Part shown: piece by piece, positions 48,797 to 58,678 of the stretch
Position numbering within the stretch: the stretch's first letter is position 1
Layout: each line of letters opens with the position of its first letter
Source: Candidatus Woesebacteria bacterium GW2011_GWB1_39_12
GTDB taxonomy: Bacteria; Patescibacteriota; Microgenomatia; UBA8517
Length of the DNA: 64,000 bases
Direction: 5' to 3'
NCBI GenBank assembly: GCA_000993405.1
Contig: LBWB01000009.1
Span: forward strand, 13,848 to 77,847
Program-made: the position numbers and the translations under genes
Notes under the pieces: model-generated
What the model was told of the DNA's origin: nothing
What the model saw: only the letters and a program-made list of their open reading frames with translations
The model's database searches: none

Positions 48797-50452
48797 CTAT
48801 ATATCTATTGTAACCTCTCCTTCTTTTTGAACACTACCCGAAAGCGGTACGGCAAACCAAAACGTAGTACCCTTACCCTCATCGCTTTCAAACCAGATTC
48901 TCCCTCCTGATGATTCGACAATGGCTTTAGTCAAATATAGACCCAAGCCGGTTCCTTCGGTTTCGATCTTGATCACGTTTTCTGCTCTGAAGAATTTTTT
49001 GAAAACCTGCTCGTGCTGGCGCCTCGGAATACCGTATCCACTGTCTGAAACTTGAGAGACAACCTCGCCATTCTTTACAGATATAATAATAACGATTTCA
49101 CCCCCATCCGGCGTATATTTTATCGCATTTGTCAGAAGATTCATGTAGACGTGCCTAATGAGTCTGGGATCGATATTCACCAAAGGAAGATTCTTATGGA
49201 TGGAAATTGCTAAATGCTGTTTCTTTTTATCAAATCTTGGTCTAACTTCAAGAATCACTTCGTCAAGAAGTTTTCTTAAATCAGTCGGCTTGGGATCAAT
49301 TATAATCCTCCCTGATTCAATTCGTGAAATATTCAAAAGTGTATTCACCAGTTGAATCATGCGCTCATTAGATTGATATATATTTGTAAGAAGTTCTTCT
49401 TGCTCCTTATTCAGGTCTCCCGCGTCGCGATCTAAAAGAATTTCACAAAACCACTTCATTGCAGAAAGAGGAGTTCTGAGTTGGTGTGAAGCAAGCGAAA
49501 TAAACTCAGTCTTCATTCTATCTATTTCCTTTTCTTTGGTGATGTCTCGAAATACATCGACTCCTCCGATAACTCTGTCAAAGACTATTACGGGTGTTGC
49601 AGTTATAGAAACCGGAAATTTACTGCCGTCGCGTCTAACAAAAAAATAGTTGGTGCTCTCGATTTTTTTCTTTAGAAAAAGGGCATTTCTGATGGGACGT
49701 TCATTTACGCTTACCTCTTTATCGTCTTTGTCAAACATTTTTATCGAATACCAAATTGGTTTTCCGATGAGTTCATCTTGCTTTAGACCAGTCATGTATT
49801 CAACTTGTTGATTTGTAAAGATTATTTCCCCTCTATCGTTTATTCCAACCACGCCGTCTCCAATATTCGCAAGCATTGCGTCATCCATCGCTTTTTCCTC
49901 GGCAAGTTCTCTATTCTTACTAACAAGCTCTTCCTGAATTTTTTTCTGTTCAAGGGAAATCTGATAGGTTAACGAACTCCTCAAAAATTCCACATCTACC
50001 CAGGTAGATAAGTCTTTTAAGGTTGAGACTTCTAAGTCAGAAAATTTCCTAGGCAAGCGGTCTGCCAAAAAAAGACTCCCGACGACCGAGAGGTCCGAAG
50101 CTCTTATGGGTACGCCCGCAAAAAATCGTATTTTAGGTCCATCGGTAACATAAGGATTACTCTTAAATTCCTCATTTTGAAGAGTATCCTCAATAATAAC
50201 CATCTCTTCTTTTAAAACGACGGCGTTAGAAAAAGAAGTGCTTCGATCTTCCGTCAAGTGGTCAAGTCCCTGTATAGACTTAAACCATACCTTTTGAGCG
50301 TCAACCAAAGAAATTCCGGCGACGGGAACGGCAAAAATTTTTGAAGCAAGACGCGTAATTATTTCAAATCTCTCTTCTTTCGGAGTATTAAGAAGGTTCA
50401 AACTCGTTAGGGCTATTAATCTTTTCCTTTCTTTTTCTTTCTCAGGATCCAT
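48797..50452 (-). CDS. Cytoplasmic sensor histidine kinase (GAF-PAS-HisKA-HATPase_c)
   Basis: No TM helix; GAF N-terminus, PAS, H-box SLASHQLRTPLSAM, ATP-binding N/G boxes. Confidence 0.9.
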   Translation of the reverse strand: MDPEKEKERKRLIALTSLNLLNTPKEERFEIITRLASKIFAVPVAGISLVDAQKVWFKSIQGLDHLTEDRSTSFSNAVVLKEEMVIIEDTLQNEEFKSNPYVTDGPKIRFFAGVPIRASDLSVVGSLFLADRLPRKFSDLEVSTLKDLSTWVDVEFLRSSLTYQISLEQKKIQEELVSKNRELAEEKAMDDAMLANIGDGVVGINDRGEIIFTNQQVEYMTGLKQDELIGKPIWYSIKMFDKDDKEVSVNERPIRNALFLKKKIESTNYFFVRRDGSKFPVSITATPVIVFDRVIGGVDVFRDITKEKEIDRMKTEFISLASHQLRTPLSAMKWFCEILLDRDAGDLNKEQEELLTNIYQSNERMIQLVNTLLNISRIESGRIIIDPKPTDLRKLLDEVILEVRPRFDKKKQHLAISIHKNLPLVNIDPRLIRHVYMNLLTNAIKYTPDGGEIVIIISVKNGEVVSQVSDSGYGIPRRQHEQVFKKFFRAENVIKIETEGTGLGLYLTKAIVESSGGRIWFESDEGKGTTFWFAVPLSGSVQKEGEVTIDI

Positions 50453-50512
50453 ATATAGAGTATATCGTTGAAACTTTAAACAAAAAAGTGGATTTTGAAA
50501 ATACCGGTAATT

Positions 50513-51889
50513 CTAGCGAGGGATGAGTTCAAATATGGCTGCTGAATTTGTCTGGAAAAATTGTTCTGTCGTCCAACTTAGACTATTTGTTGAGACTTCA
50601 GTTTCAATTGTCTGTCCCAAAAAATTAGATCTTCTGAATGTAAAATTTTTGAAAGGCAAATTATTAAATGTTATGGGAACACTTTCTGAATGACTTAAAT
50701 ATGGATCATAGTTAACTACCAAAATCTTTACCACATTTCCAGAAGCACTCTTGGTAGCAATCGCTTTTACCCATGTCCCCGATCCTTCCACTGGATAGTA
50801 TTTCCAGTCTAAGTTATTTAAAAAGTCTATTGCCTTATATCTTGGTTTTTCCTCCGGATCACCGAAACTTTCGTTTGTAAGTATTCCCCATCTTCCCCAA
50901 TTTTTGGTTTGACCTCTGCCGTCTTTTATTTCAAAAAGAAATACTATTGGAAGTTTTTGAAATGTGGCAGCATACATGGCCAGTGTTTGAATTGCACTAA
51001 AGTTAGTATCGTAACCCTCGTCAATCTCAGAATTATGGCCACTCTCGCTTATTATAAACTGTGTATTCATATACTTAGGATATCGGGTTATCCACAGGTT
51101 TACATTCTCTATATCATTTTCAAAATCATCAACCTCTTTTGAATATCTATGCCAGGAGTAAAAATCAACCCTTAAATCATTTTTAAGAGCATAATCAAAA
51201 AAATCCTGGAACCAACCCCCAAAGGCAAAAGGCAATACGTCTTGGGCGTCCTTAGCACCTTTTTCAGCATACTCATAAAGAGTTAAATAATTCTTTGGCC
51301 CTGACAATTTAAATCCGCCAAAAAGATCGGGCTCATTCCAGACTTCGTAATATACCCCCGCAATTGCCAATCCCCTATTTCCACTTACGTGCTCAATCGT
51401 CCTTTGGACAACAGTTTTCCATTCATCCCAAGAATAAGGTAAGTCGGTTTCTGTCCGTTGCGACAAAGCTTTCGGCATGTAGGAAAGCGATAAAAACGGC
51501 CTTGCTCCCATTGCCTGTATAATTTTTATCTGGATGTCCAACCTTCCCCAATCGAAACTTAAGTTTCCGCCTGTATCTTTGGAAATGGGATCATAAAAAT
51601 CATAAATATGATCAATCCGGATATAATAAGGTTCAATCTTTTTGACTTTTTGTATTACAGGTGTCAGCATATCATTCTTATCCTCACCGCCCTGAGCCAA
51701 ATATTTCCAGTGGGGAACAAAAGAGTATGATCTTGATAAATCTACAACTAAATTTGCTTCCCTTCCTGAAAAATTAAAATAGGCTTTTTCAAAAAATGAA
51801 GTCTTTCTATTCAACAAAAAAATCGTGACCGGCAAGCTCAAGGTTATGACAAAAATTGCAAAATACCTAAAATTACGTCTTTTTCGCAT
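50513..51889 (-). CDS. Glycoside hydrolase, clan GH-A (GH39/GH5-like), membrane-anchored
   Basis: VYYEVWNEPD (NEP acid/base), ISESGH (nucleophile Glu); N-terminal TM. Confidence 0.6.
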   Translation of the reverse strand: MRKRRNFRYFAIFVITLSLPVTIFLLNRKTSFFEKAYFNFSGREANLVVDLSRSYSFVPHWKYLAQGGEDKNDMLTPVIQKVKKIEPYYIRIDHIYDFYDPISKDTGGNLSFDWGRLDIQIKIIQAMGARPFLSLSYMPKALSQRTETDLPYSWDEWKTVVQRTIEHVSGNRGLAIAGVYYEVWNEPDLFGGFKLSGPKNYLTLYEYAEKGAKDAQDVLPFAFGGWFQDFFDYALKNDLRVDFYSWHRYSKEVDDFENDIENVNLWITRYPKYMNTQFIISESGHNSEIDEGYDTNFSAIQTLAMYAATFQKLPIVFLFEIKDGRGQTKNWGRWGILTNESFGDPEEKPRYKAIDFLNNLDWKYYPVEGSGTWVKAIATKSASGNVVKILVVNYDPYLSHSESVPITFNNLPFKNFTFRRSNFLGQTIETEVSTNSLSWTTEQFFQTNSAAIFELIPR

Positions 51890-51890
51890 G

Positions 51891-52535
51891 CTACTCTTCA
51901 GTTATTATTTTCAGTTTTCCAGATTCGTAAACTGCCGTGTCGGCGGTTAGGGTCTTTGCCTGAACAATATAGTGATTATACCCTTCCCACAAAGATACTT
52001 TTCCGGATGAAACAAAAACTGAAGTCTGACTTGTGGTTTCAATTTGACTACCCCCAACTCCGATAAAATGGGTCGTATCGTATATTCTAAAAAAGGCTTT
52101 ACCATTAGCGTTCAACAATTTTATATTCGCCTCAAAATAGACTTCCAGAAGGCCTGGGAAATCGTTTTTGCTTAAATAAAAATCGGTACCGGAAAGATTA
52201 GTCCAATCTGTCGCCAACGTGCTTCCCGATCCCGGAATCGGAACGTAGTATGTACGGCGAGATTTCTTCGTTGGAACTAATCTTGGAGTCGGAGTTGACG
52301 AGATGACTTCTTTCGTATCCAAGGTTAACTCAGAAACTTTAAGCTCTATGTAGCGCTTACATTCCTCCCCACATTCATCTTTTGACTCTTCATTTTGGGA
52401 AGAAATCTCCTGAAGTCGTTCTATATTAGAATCTTCATCTGTCAACTTAAACTCATTCTTGTATATCAAAAAACCAAGAAGTGCATTTATAAGAATTAAG
52501 TCGATCGCCACAAAAACTTTGAGTAGATTTTTCAT
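51891..52535 (-). CDS. Hypothetical membrane-anchored protein
   Basis: N-terminal TM. Confidence 0.45.
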   Translation of the reverse strand: MKNLLKVFVAIDLILINALLGFLIYKNEFKLTDEDSNIERLQEISSQNEESKDECGEECKRYIELKVSELTLDTKEVISSTPTPRLVPTKKSRRTYYVPIPGSGSTLATDWTNLSGTDFYLSKNDFPGLLEVYFEANIKLLNANGKAFFRIYDTTHFIGVGGSQIETTSQTSVFVSSGKVSLWEGYNHYIVQAKTLTADTAVYESGKLKIITEE

Positions 52536-53146
52536 TTAAAACTCACGTTGTAATCTAGGTTTGGGGGTATAAGCTTATCTTCGCGAAGGTTGCTTCCCGA
52601 GATTTCTCTCTCAAGGACATTTATGTCTTCTTCGAGTTGCAAGATTTCGGGATCATTCGCATAGACTGATGGTTTATAGGGTTGATACAATGCCGGGGTT
52701 GGACTTACTTCATTTCTGGGTACCTTCACCTCACCATCCTCCTGTAAAAGTCTGAAAAGTCTTATGCCTATAAAGACCAAGATCATCAAAAAAACCAAAA
52801 TGAGAAAGGTCCTTACGAGTCTTTTAATGAATTTATTTTCAAATGCTCCTTTTACAGAAGAGGTTAATACAGAACCGGTCGCCAAACCCTTGGAAGTGAG
52901 AGGCTTAGATGAAGTAGAAACTTTAGTGATACTTTTTCTAACAAAAGTTTTAAATTTTTGGACGTCTTGCTTAACGCTGTCTTCTTCGGGTGGAACCTGT
53001 TGCGAAGAAGTGTTTGGTTGTGAAGTCTCTTTTGAAACCGGAGATTTACCCGTAAGCGAACGAATCCAACCAGTAAGTCCACCCATGCCGCTAAAAATAC
53101 CCTTTACTCCTTCTTTATTTTCTGTTTGATTTTGTATCGTTCCCAT
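52532..53146 (-). CDS. Hypothetical single-pass membrane protein
   Basis: Central TM (LVRTFLILVFLMILVFIGI). Confidence 0.45.
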   Translation of the reverse strand: MGTIQNQTENKEGVKGIFSGMGGLTGWIRSLTGKSPVSKETSQPNTSSQQVPPEEDSVKQDVQKFKTFVRKSITKVSTSSKPLTSKGLATGSVLTSSVKGAFENKFIKRLVRTFLILVFLMILVFIGIRLFRLLQEDGEVKVPRNEVSPTPALYQPYKPSVYANDPEILQLEEDINVLEREISGSNLREDKLIPPNLDYNVSFK

Positions 53147-53148
53147 TT

Positions 53149-54024
53149 TTAATCCTCTGCCGTTTTGACTTCCCGTATTACCTCTTTCAAAAAGGTGTTT
53201 GCTTCTTTCAAGAAAAGCTGAGATTCGCCCAAAACGCCAATCATATTGTTAAAGTATTTGAGAACATCTTTTCTCTGTTTGACAATAAGAACGAGCATAT
53301 TATCAACCTCGACCTGTTTTTCTTTGCTTCTTACAATCTTCTCTTCCGTCTCAAAAATCCAGCGGTCCAAAACTTCAAACTTTTCATTGCTAAATTTATA
53401 CTCGTCTCTATCTTCCTTGCTAATAATTTCAAGTTTATTTTTAACGGCAGTTAGTGCTCCTTCAGATCTCACGGTAAAATCGGATATCTTCCCGTAAGCG
53501 GTTGTGCCTAAAATTTCGTAAACAAGGGGCTCTACTCCCTCCCACCGTTTCTTTGCAAGATCTGAATCTTTTACAAGATCTTCCAGTGTTCCTGCAGAGG
53601 GAACGGTATCTTTGTGATCGGTAAACCAACCTACTTCTTCATTTACTCTCAAGGTAAGAGCTTCTTTTCTGACTTCATGAACTCCAATTCCTTCAGAGAG
53701 TCTCGCTAAAAGAGTGGTTAAGTAGGTAATTACTACTTCATCTCTAGCCTGAAGCATTTTTACCGTGGCTTCTTGGGCATCTTGCCTACTTTTCAGGGAC
53801 TGGAAACGAAGATATTGAGACCTTCTTAAAATATATTCTTCATGAACCTTTTGATAATCTTGAAGTTTTAAAATGTATTCTTGATATGCCTGATCAAAAC
53901 CTTTTTCTTCTTCTTTAATCTCGGATGATTGTGTTGCCTCGGGAGATTGCGAAAAAACTTGTTGAACTGAAATTAAACTCAAGGCGACAAAAAAAATAGT
54001 GGGCAGAATCAAAACTTTCCTCAT
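53149..54024 (-). CDS. Hypothetical secreted coiled-coil protein
   Basis: Signal peptide from MRKVLILPTIFFVALSLISV. Confidence 0.45.
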   Translation of the reverse strand: MRKVLILPTIFFVALSLISVQQVFSQSPEATQSSEIKEEEKGFDQAYQEYILKLQDYQKVHEEYILRRSQYLRFQSLKSRQDAQEATVKMLQARDEVVITYLTTLLARLSEGIGVHEVRKEALTLRVNEEVGWFTDHKDTVPSAGTLEDLVKDSDLAKKRWEGVEPLVYEILGTTAYGKISDFTVRSEGALTAVKNKLEIISKEDRDEYKFSNEKFEVLDRWIFETEEKIVRSKEKQVEVDNMLVLIVKQRKDVLKYFNNMIGVLGESQLFLKEANTFLKEVIREVKTAED

Positions 54025-54084
54025 GTATTTTAAATTTACACTTTTACCTTCAGGACTACAACTTTTTTTGTGTATCAAGTAAAA

Positions 54085-55524
54085 TTAGGGGCCTTGAGAT
54101 TTTATCTTTGGCCCTTCTGACGTATCCTCAACCTTAAGTCCTTTCTTTTCTATATTTTTCCTTATCTCATCAGCCTCTTTAAATTTACCTTCTTTTCTCA
54201 ACTCTTCTCTTTCCTCAATTAATCCTTTTAATTCTTTTGATACCTTTGGTACTTTTGATACTTCTGATACCTCTCCAAGTTTTAATCCTAACACCTCGTC
54301 AAATGAAAGTGCTAAATCATATTTATCTTCGGAAGGGATATTGCTTTTCATAGCTTCCCAAAAAACCGCAAGAGCCTGGGGCGTATTTAAGTCATCCGTT
54401 ACTGCTTCACTAAAGCGCTTACTGTAATCATCAACTTTCTTGCTTTTCTCGCTGGATAAAGAGGTTCTCGAACTTTGAATTTTTGCAGCTAAAACTTGTT
54501 CACGCAGATTATTTAAAGCTTTCTGGGCACTAGCCAAAGAATTCCAAGTAAAATTTAAGGAATCTCGATAATGCGCAGTTAAATAAAGATATCTTAGAGA
54601 AAGCGGACCGAAACCTTTTTTTACAACATCATGCAAAGTATACGCATTCCCTAACGATTTCCCCATCCGACCGCCATCAACTTTTAAAAACTCCCCATGC
54701 AACCAATATTTTGCGAGAGGCTTACCCGTAGCACCCTCGCTTTGGGCAATCTCATTGGTATGATGTAATGCTACGTGATCAATTCCACCGGTATGGATAT
54801 CAAAGCTCTCACCCAAATATTTCATTGACATGGCAGAACACTCCAAATGCCAACCAGGAAAACCCCTTCCCCAAGGAGAATCCCATTCCATATGTCTTTT
54901 TTCATCAGGCTTAGAAAATTTCCAGAGAGCAAAATCAAAAGTATTTCTTTTCTCTTTATCTTCTTTCAACTCTTCCCTGCTGGCTTTCCTTTTATCAATC
55001 AATTTCTGTCCACCCAGTTTTCCATAATCAGGAAATTTTGAAATATCAAAGTAAACCCCCATTTTTGTTATGTAAGTCAGACCTTTTTCTTCAAGTCTTT
55101 TAATAAGACTAATTTGCTCACTTATATGATCTGTTGCTCGGACAAAATAAGTGGGGGCAAGAATATTAAACTTATCACGGCTTTCGATAAAATCTTTTAT
55201 GTAAAAATCAGCAATTTCCCAAGCGGTTTTGTTTTCCTTTCGCGCTTCTTTCTCCATTCTGTCTTCGCCCAAATCCGCATCCCCAATGTTATCTCCCGTC
55301 AAATGTCCAACATCCGTAATGTTCATAACATGTTTCACTAGATATCCGTTATAAACCAATACTCTCCTTAAAATGTCTTCAAAAACGAAAGTTCGCCAGT
55401 TGCCAATTTGCGGGTAAAAATACACTGTCGGACCACAGGTGTACATTCCTACATTTGGAGGATCAATCGGAATAAACTTCTCCTTTTTACGAGTGAGTGA
55501 ATTTGTAAGATAAAGATCTGACAT
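54085..55524 (-). CDS. cysS: Cysteine--tRNA ligase
   Basis: MYTCGPTVY (HIGH region), KMSKS-type RMGKSLGN; 479 aa. Confidence 0.95.
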   Translation of the reverse strand: MSDLYLTNSLTRKKEKFIPIDPPNVGMYTCGPTVYFYPQIGNWRTFVFEDILRRVLVYNGYLVKHVMNITDVGHLTGDNIGDADLGEDRMEKEARKENKTAWEIADFYIKDFIESRDKFNILAPTYFVRATDHISEQISLIKRLEEKGLTYITKMGVYFDISKFPDYGKLGGQKLIDKRKASREELKEDKEKRNTFDFALWKFSKPDEKRHMEWDSPWGRGFPGWHLECSAMSMKYLGESFDIHTGGIDHVALHHTNEIAQSEGATGKPLAKYWLHGEFLKVDGGRMGKSLGNAYTLHDVVKKGFGPLSLRYLYLTAHYRDSLNFTWNSLASAQKALNNLREQVLAAKIQSSRTSLSSEKSKKVDDYSKRFSEAVTDDLNTPQALAVFWEAMKSNIPSEDKYDLALSFDEVLGLKLGEVSEVSKVPKVSKELKGLIEEREELRKEGKFKEADEIRKNIEKKGLKVEDTSEGPKIKSQGP

Positions 55525-55528
55525 ATAT

Positions 55529-55981
55529 TTATCCTGAAATCTGTTTTCCCATTTCCTTAGTTCCTTGTTTCTTCTTCAGAAATCCCATAAATCCGCGTCT
55601 GGGCTTTGTCGTTGGCTCAATAAAAGGTTGATGGGATCCAACACTATCTTGAGTAGTACCCATCTTCTGCTGTTGTAACTGCGACCATTCCTCCTCTTTT
55701 TTCTCTCTCTCATGTCGAATCCTTTTCAACTCTTCTTCCAATTCCTCTATCCGCTTTCTTTTTTTTGCCTCAATTTCGACTTTTTGAGTCTCCGAAATTT
55801 CTCCCGATTCTCCATTGCCGCTTACCATCTCTTGAACCAGGCGAGAAGTATCGCTTTCTTGTCTCAATACTTGAGATTTGGACGTCTTTAAAAGTTCGAT
55901 CGGTTCTCGAGCAATTTGCTTAGCAACTTTCCTTGCAGCATCGGACGCAGATATTTTAGTTTGTTTAACGAAACTATCCAT
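55529..55981 (-). CDS. Hypothetical basic coiled-coil protein
   Basis: 150 aa. Confidence 0.45.
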   Translation of the reverse strand: MDSFVKQTKISASDAARKVAKQIAREPIELLKTSKSQVLRQESDTSRLVQEMVSGNGESGEISETQKVEIEAKKRKRIEELEEELKRIRHEREKKEEEWSQLQQQKMGTTQDSVGSHQPFIEPTTKPRRGFMGFLKKKQGTKEMGKQISG

Positions 55982-56611
55982 CTACATTTCCCTTCTTCCT
56001 TCGATTGCTTCTCTTAATGTTGTTTCATCCGCATACTCTAAATCGGCTCCGGTCGGAATTCCCATTCCCAGCCTTGTAACTTTCAATTCTTTTCCATTTA
56101 AAAATCTTTCTCTTAACTTTTTAGCTAAATACATTGCGGTTGCGTCACCTTCCATTGTGGGATTTGTTGCAATAATTATTTCCTTTATTTCATAATTCTT
56201 GCCTCTTCTATCTAACTCTAACCTTTTGAAAAGATCTTCTATAAAAAGTTCGTCTGGTCCTATATTCTCCAGCGGATTTATTGCTCCATGGAGAACATGA
56301 TAAGTTCCATCATACTTTCCTGTTTTTTCAAATGCCAGAACTTCGAGAGGTTCTTCAACAATCATTACTTGACTTTTGTCTCTTTTAAAATCGGAGCAGA
56401 TTGGACATGGGTCTTCCTCGCTAACGTTCTTGCAGATCGAACAGATAATCGTGTTTTTCTTCAAGTTCGATAGAGATTCTGCAAAATATTCGAGTTCGGT
56501 CTGAGGAACGTGCAAAAGATAATAAGTTAACCTTTGGGCTGTTTTCGGCCCGATTCCCGGAAGTTTTTGAAAAGACTCAATTAAATTATTTAAAGCCTTA
56601 GGTATTCTCAC
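55982..56611 (-). CDS. recR: Recombination protein RecR
   Basis: HhH (LPGIGPKTAQRL), C4 zinc finger, Toprim. Confidence 0.9.
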   Translation of the reverse strand: MRIPKALNNLIESFQKLPGIGPKTAQRLTYYLLHVPQTELEYFAESLSNLKKNTIICSICKNVSEEDPCPICSDFKRDKSQVMIVEEPLEVLAFEKTGKYDGTYHVLHGAINPLENIGPDELFIEDLFKRLELDRRGKNYEIKEIIIATNPTMEGDATAMYLAKKLRERFLNGKELKVTRLGMGIPTGADLEYADETTLREAIEGRREM

Positions 56612-56671
56612 AGCTTCATTTTATCAGAACAACAGCCTAATGTCATTGAAGTAATCTTTGAAGTTTAAATT

Positions 56672-56956
56672 CTAACTCATTCCACCAAGAAGTCCTGAAA
56701 GTCCACCGCCCATTTCCATCATTTTTTTGGCTGCTTTTTTCTGGACCTCCTTCATTGCGCGATTTAGAAGATCAATTATTTCCGTCTTGTCTTCACCACC
56801 GATTTCCAAAGCAACAATATTTTGCGTTCCGTCCACGGTTACCTTCATACCGTCCCTTTCTTCGGTATGCCTTATGTCTTTTAATTCGTCCTGAAGCTTT
56901 TTAGCCTGCTGACGAAGCTTAATTAATTCCTTTGCTTGTTGTAATTTGTCAAACAT
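56672..56956 (-). CDS. ybaB: Nucleoid-associated protein YbaB/EbfC
   Basis: 94 aa YbaB signature. Confidence 0.9.
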   Translation of the reverse strand: MFDKLQQAKELIKLRQQAKKLQDELKDIRHTEERDGMKVTVDGTQNIVALEIGGEDKTEIIDLLNRAMKEVQKKAAKKMMEMGGGLSGLLGGMS

Positions 56957-56959
56957 ATT

Positions 56960-58594
56960 CTAACTCCCAAATATCTCTTTGGCCACCTTAATTATATCCT
57001 CATCTTCTCCTTCAGTCAAAACCGCGTCGGAAGCGGCTGGGGCCGAGTGAGACGCGGCTGGGGCCGAGTCCGACTCGGTCAAAACGACATTTGATTCATT
57101 GTTAGATTGAACTCCTCCAATAATCTTTCCGTCCTTTGGACGAAAAGGGGGTTCTGTTAATGTACAAACAATCCTAACCCTATTACCAAGAACTCCCTCT
57201 ACGACTTCCTCAAGTATATCTCTGTGGGGATTTGCCTCGAGTCTCTCTTTATGAAATCTATAATAAACGCCCAACGTTAAAACGCTTCCGTCTAAACCCA
57301 ATGGCCTTGCCGCCCTAAGAAGTGCCTCTGTTGAAGAATTTTTTGGCTTAATTTGGGTTAATATTTGTCCCCAAGTCTCATCACTAAAACCATTGACATG
57401 AACACTTTCTGAATTTGTATGCTTAGAAACACCAACTTTTGTATGTTCTTTCTTAGTTCTACCAATTTCCGTCACCTCTGTCTTATTTTCGTCATCGAGA
57501 AAATCGTTATTGTTGTCATCTTTGATATTTGATTTTTCATTTTTAATATTTACTTCTCCCCACTCTACAACCACAAGTTCTAGTGGAATCTGCTCCAAAT
57601 AAGAATCCGATATATCGCTATATGCCTGCGAGAATAGTTTAATTAAACGAACGATTTCTTCCTTATTAAAATACTTTAGATCTTCACCTTCTATGCCTAT
57701 TTTATTCATTAAAGCACTCCGTAATCTTGTAATAATCTGTTCTGTAATATTTTTTAGTGATATCCCTAAACTAGCAGCGGATTCGATTGCTAAAAGATTT
57801 TTCTTAACGTCTTTTTTTGATAAAACCAGGAGGAATTCTTCAACATCAAATGCTTTTTTATTGAAAAGGTAGTCTTCAATTTCTTTTCTTTCCAATTTTT
57901 GGACCTCTATTACCACAGTTTCCAAAAGTTTGGTAGCATCTCGAAAAGAGCCGTCCGAGTACTTCGCAATTAGTTCAAGGACTTCCTTCCCGGTCTTTAT
58001 TTTTTCCTCTCTGGAAACTCTTTCCAACGACCTTACAACTTCGACTAAATTCGCCTTCTTAAAAATTACATTTGTACACCTCGACCGAATAGTTTCTATC
58101 AACTTTTCAGGATTTGTGGTTGCCAAAATAAACATAACGTGCTCTGGAGGTTCTTCCAAAGTTTTAAGAAGTGCGTTCGAGGCTTCAGTTGTCAACATGT
58201 GTGCCTCATCAATGATATAAACTTTTTTTCTGGAGTTGGCGGGTGCAAGTTTGACGGCATCTCTTAAAGTTCTTACATCGTCGATTCCCCTGTGAGACGC
58301 AGCATCAAGTTCGATTACGTCTACATTCGTTCCTTTTGATATGGAAATACACTGCCCACACTGATTACATGGCTCAAATTTCCCTGGTCCTCGAAGTGCT
58401 GGCGTTGTGGACTCACAATTTACTATCTTGGCCAAAATCCTGGCCGCAGAAGTCTTTCCAATTCCTTTTGGGCCCGAAAAAAGAAAGGCGTGTGGAATAT
58501 TTCCTGACGAAACAATCTTTTTTAAAGTTTCTCGCGCACCTTCAGAATCCAGCTCGTCTAGAGTTTGGGGGCGGTATTTTAGATATAATGTCAT
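56960..58594 (-). CDS. dnaX: DNA polymerase III subunit gamma/tau
   Basis: AAA+ motifs (FSGPKGIGKTSAARI, DEAHML); contains an in-frame 21-nt tandem duplication at 57033-57069. Confidence 0.9.
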   Translation of the reverse strand: MTLYLKYRPQTLDELDSEGARETLKKIVSSGNIPHAFLFSGPKGIGKTSAARILAKIVNCESTTPALRGPGKFEPCNQCGQCISISKGTNVDVIELDAASHRGIDDVRTLRDAVKLAPANSRKKVYIIDEAHMLTTEASNALLKTLEEPPEHVMFILATTNPEKLIETIRSRCTNVIFKKANLVEVVRSLERVSREEKIKTGKEVLELIAKYSDGSFRDATKLLETVVIEVQKLERKEIEDYLFNKKAFDVEEFLLVLSKKDVKKNLLAIESAASLGISLKNITEQIITRLRSALMNKIGIEGEDLKYFNKEEIVRLIKLFSQAYSDISDSYLEQIPLELVVVEWGEVNIKNEKSNIKDDNNNDFLDDENKTEVTEIGRTKKEHTKVGVSKHTNSESVHVNGFSDETWGQILTQIKPKNSSTEALLRAARPLGLDGSVLTLGVYYRFHKERLEANPHRDILEEVVEGVLGNRVRIVCTLTEPPFRPKDGKIIGGVQSNNESNVVLTESDSAPAASHSAPAASDAVLTEGEDEDIIKVAKEIFGS

Positions 58595-58597
58595 TCG

Positions 58598-58678
58598 TTA
58601 GTGAATAGTGAATAGTGGATAGTGAATAGTGGATTTCTAATTCTGTATTACCAACCACCAATCACTAATCACCAAACA
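58598..58678. repeat. Two heptanucleotide arrays in inverted orientation filling the ybeY-dnaX intergenic region
   Basis: Left: AGTGAAT AGTGAAT AGTGGAT AGTGAAT AGTGGAT. Right: CACCAAT CACTAAT CACCAAA CACTAAT (approximate reverse complement). 16-nt spacer. Confidence 0.7.

Noticed and set aside
58598-58678. Possible CRISPR array (short tandem repeats)
   Set aside because: Units are 7 nt with no spacers. These are contiguous microsatellite-like heptamers, not repeat-spacer architecture.
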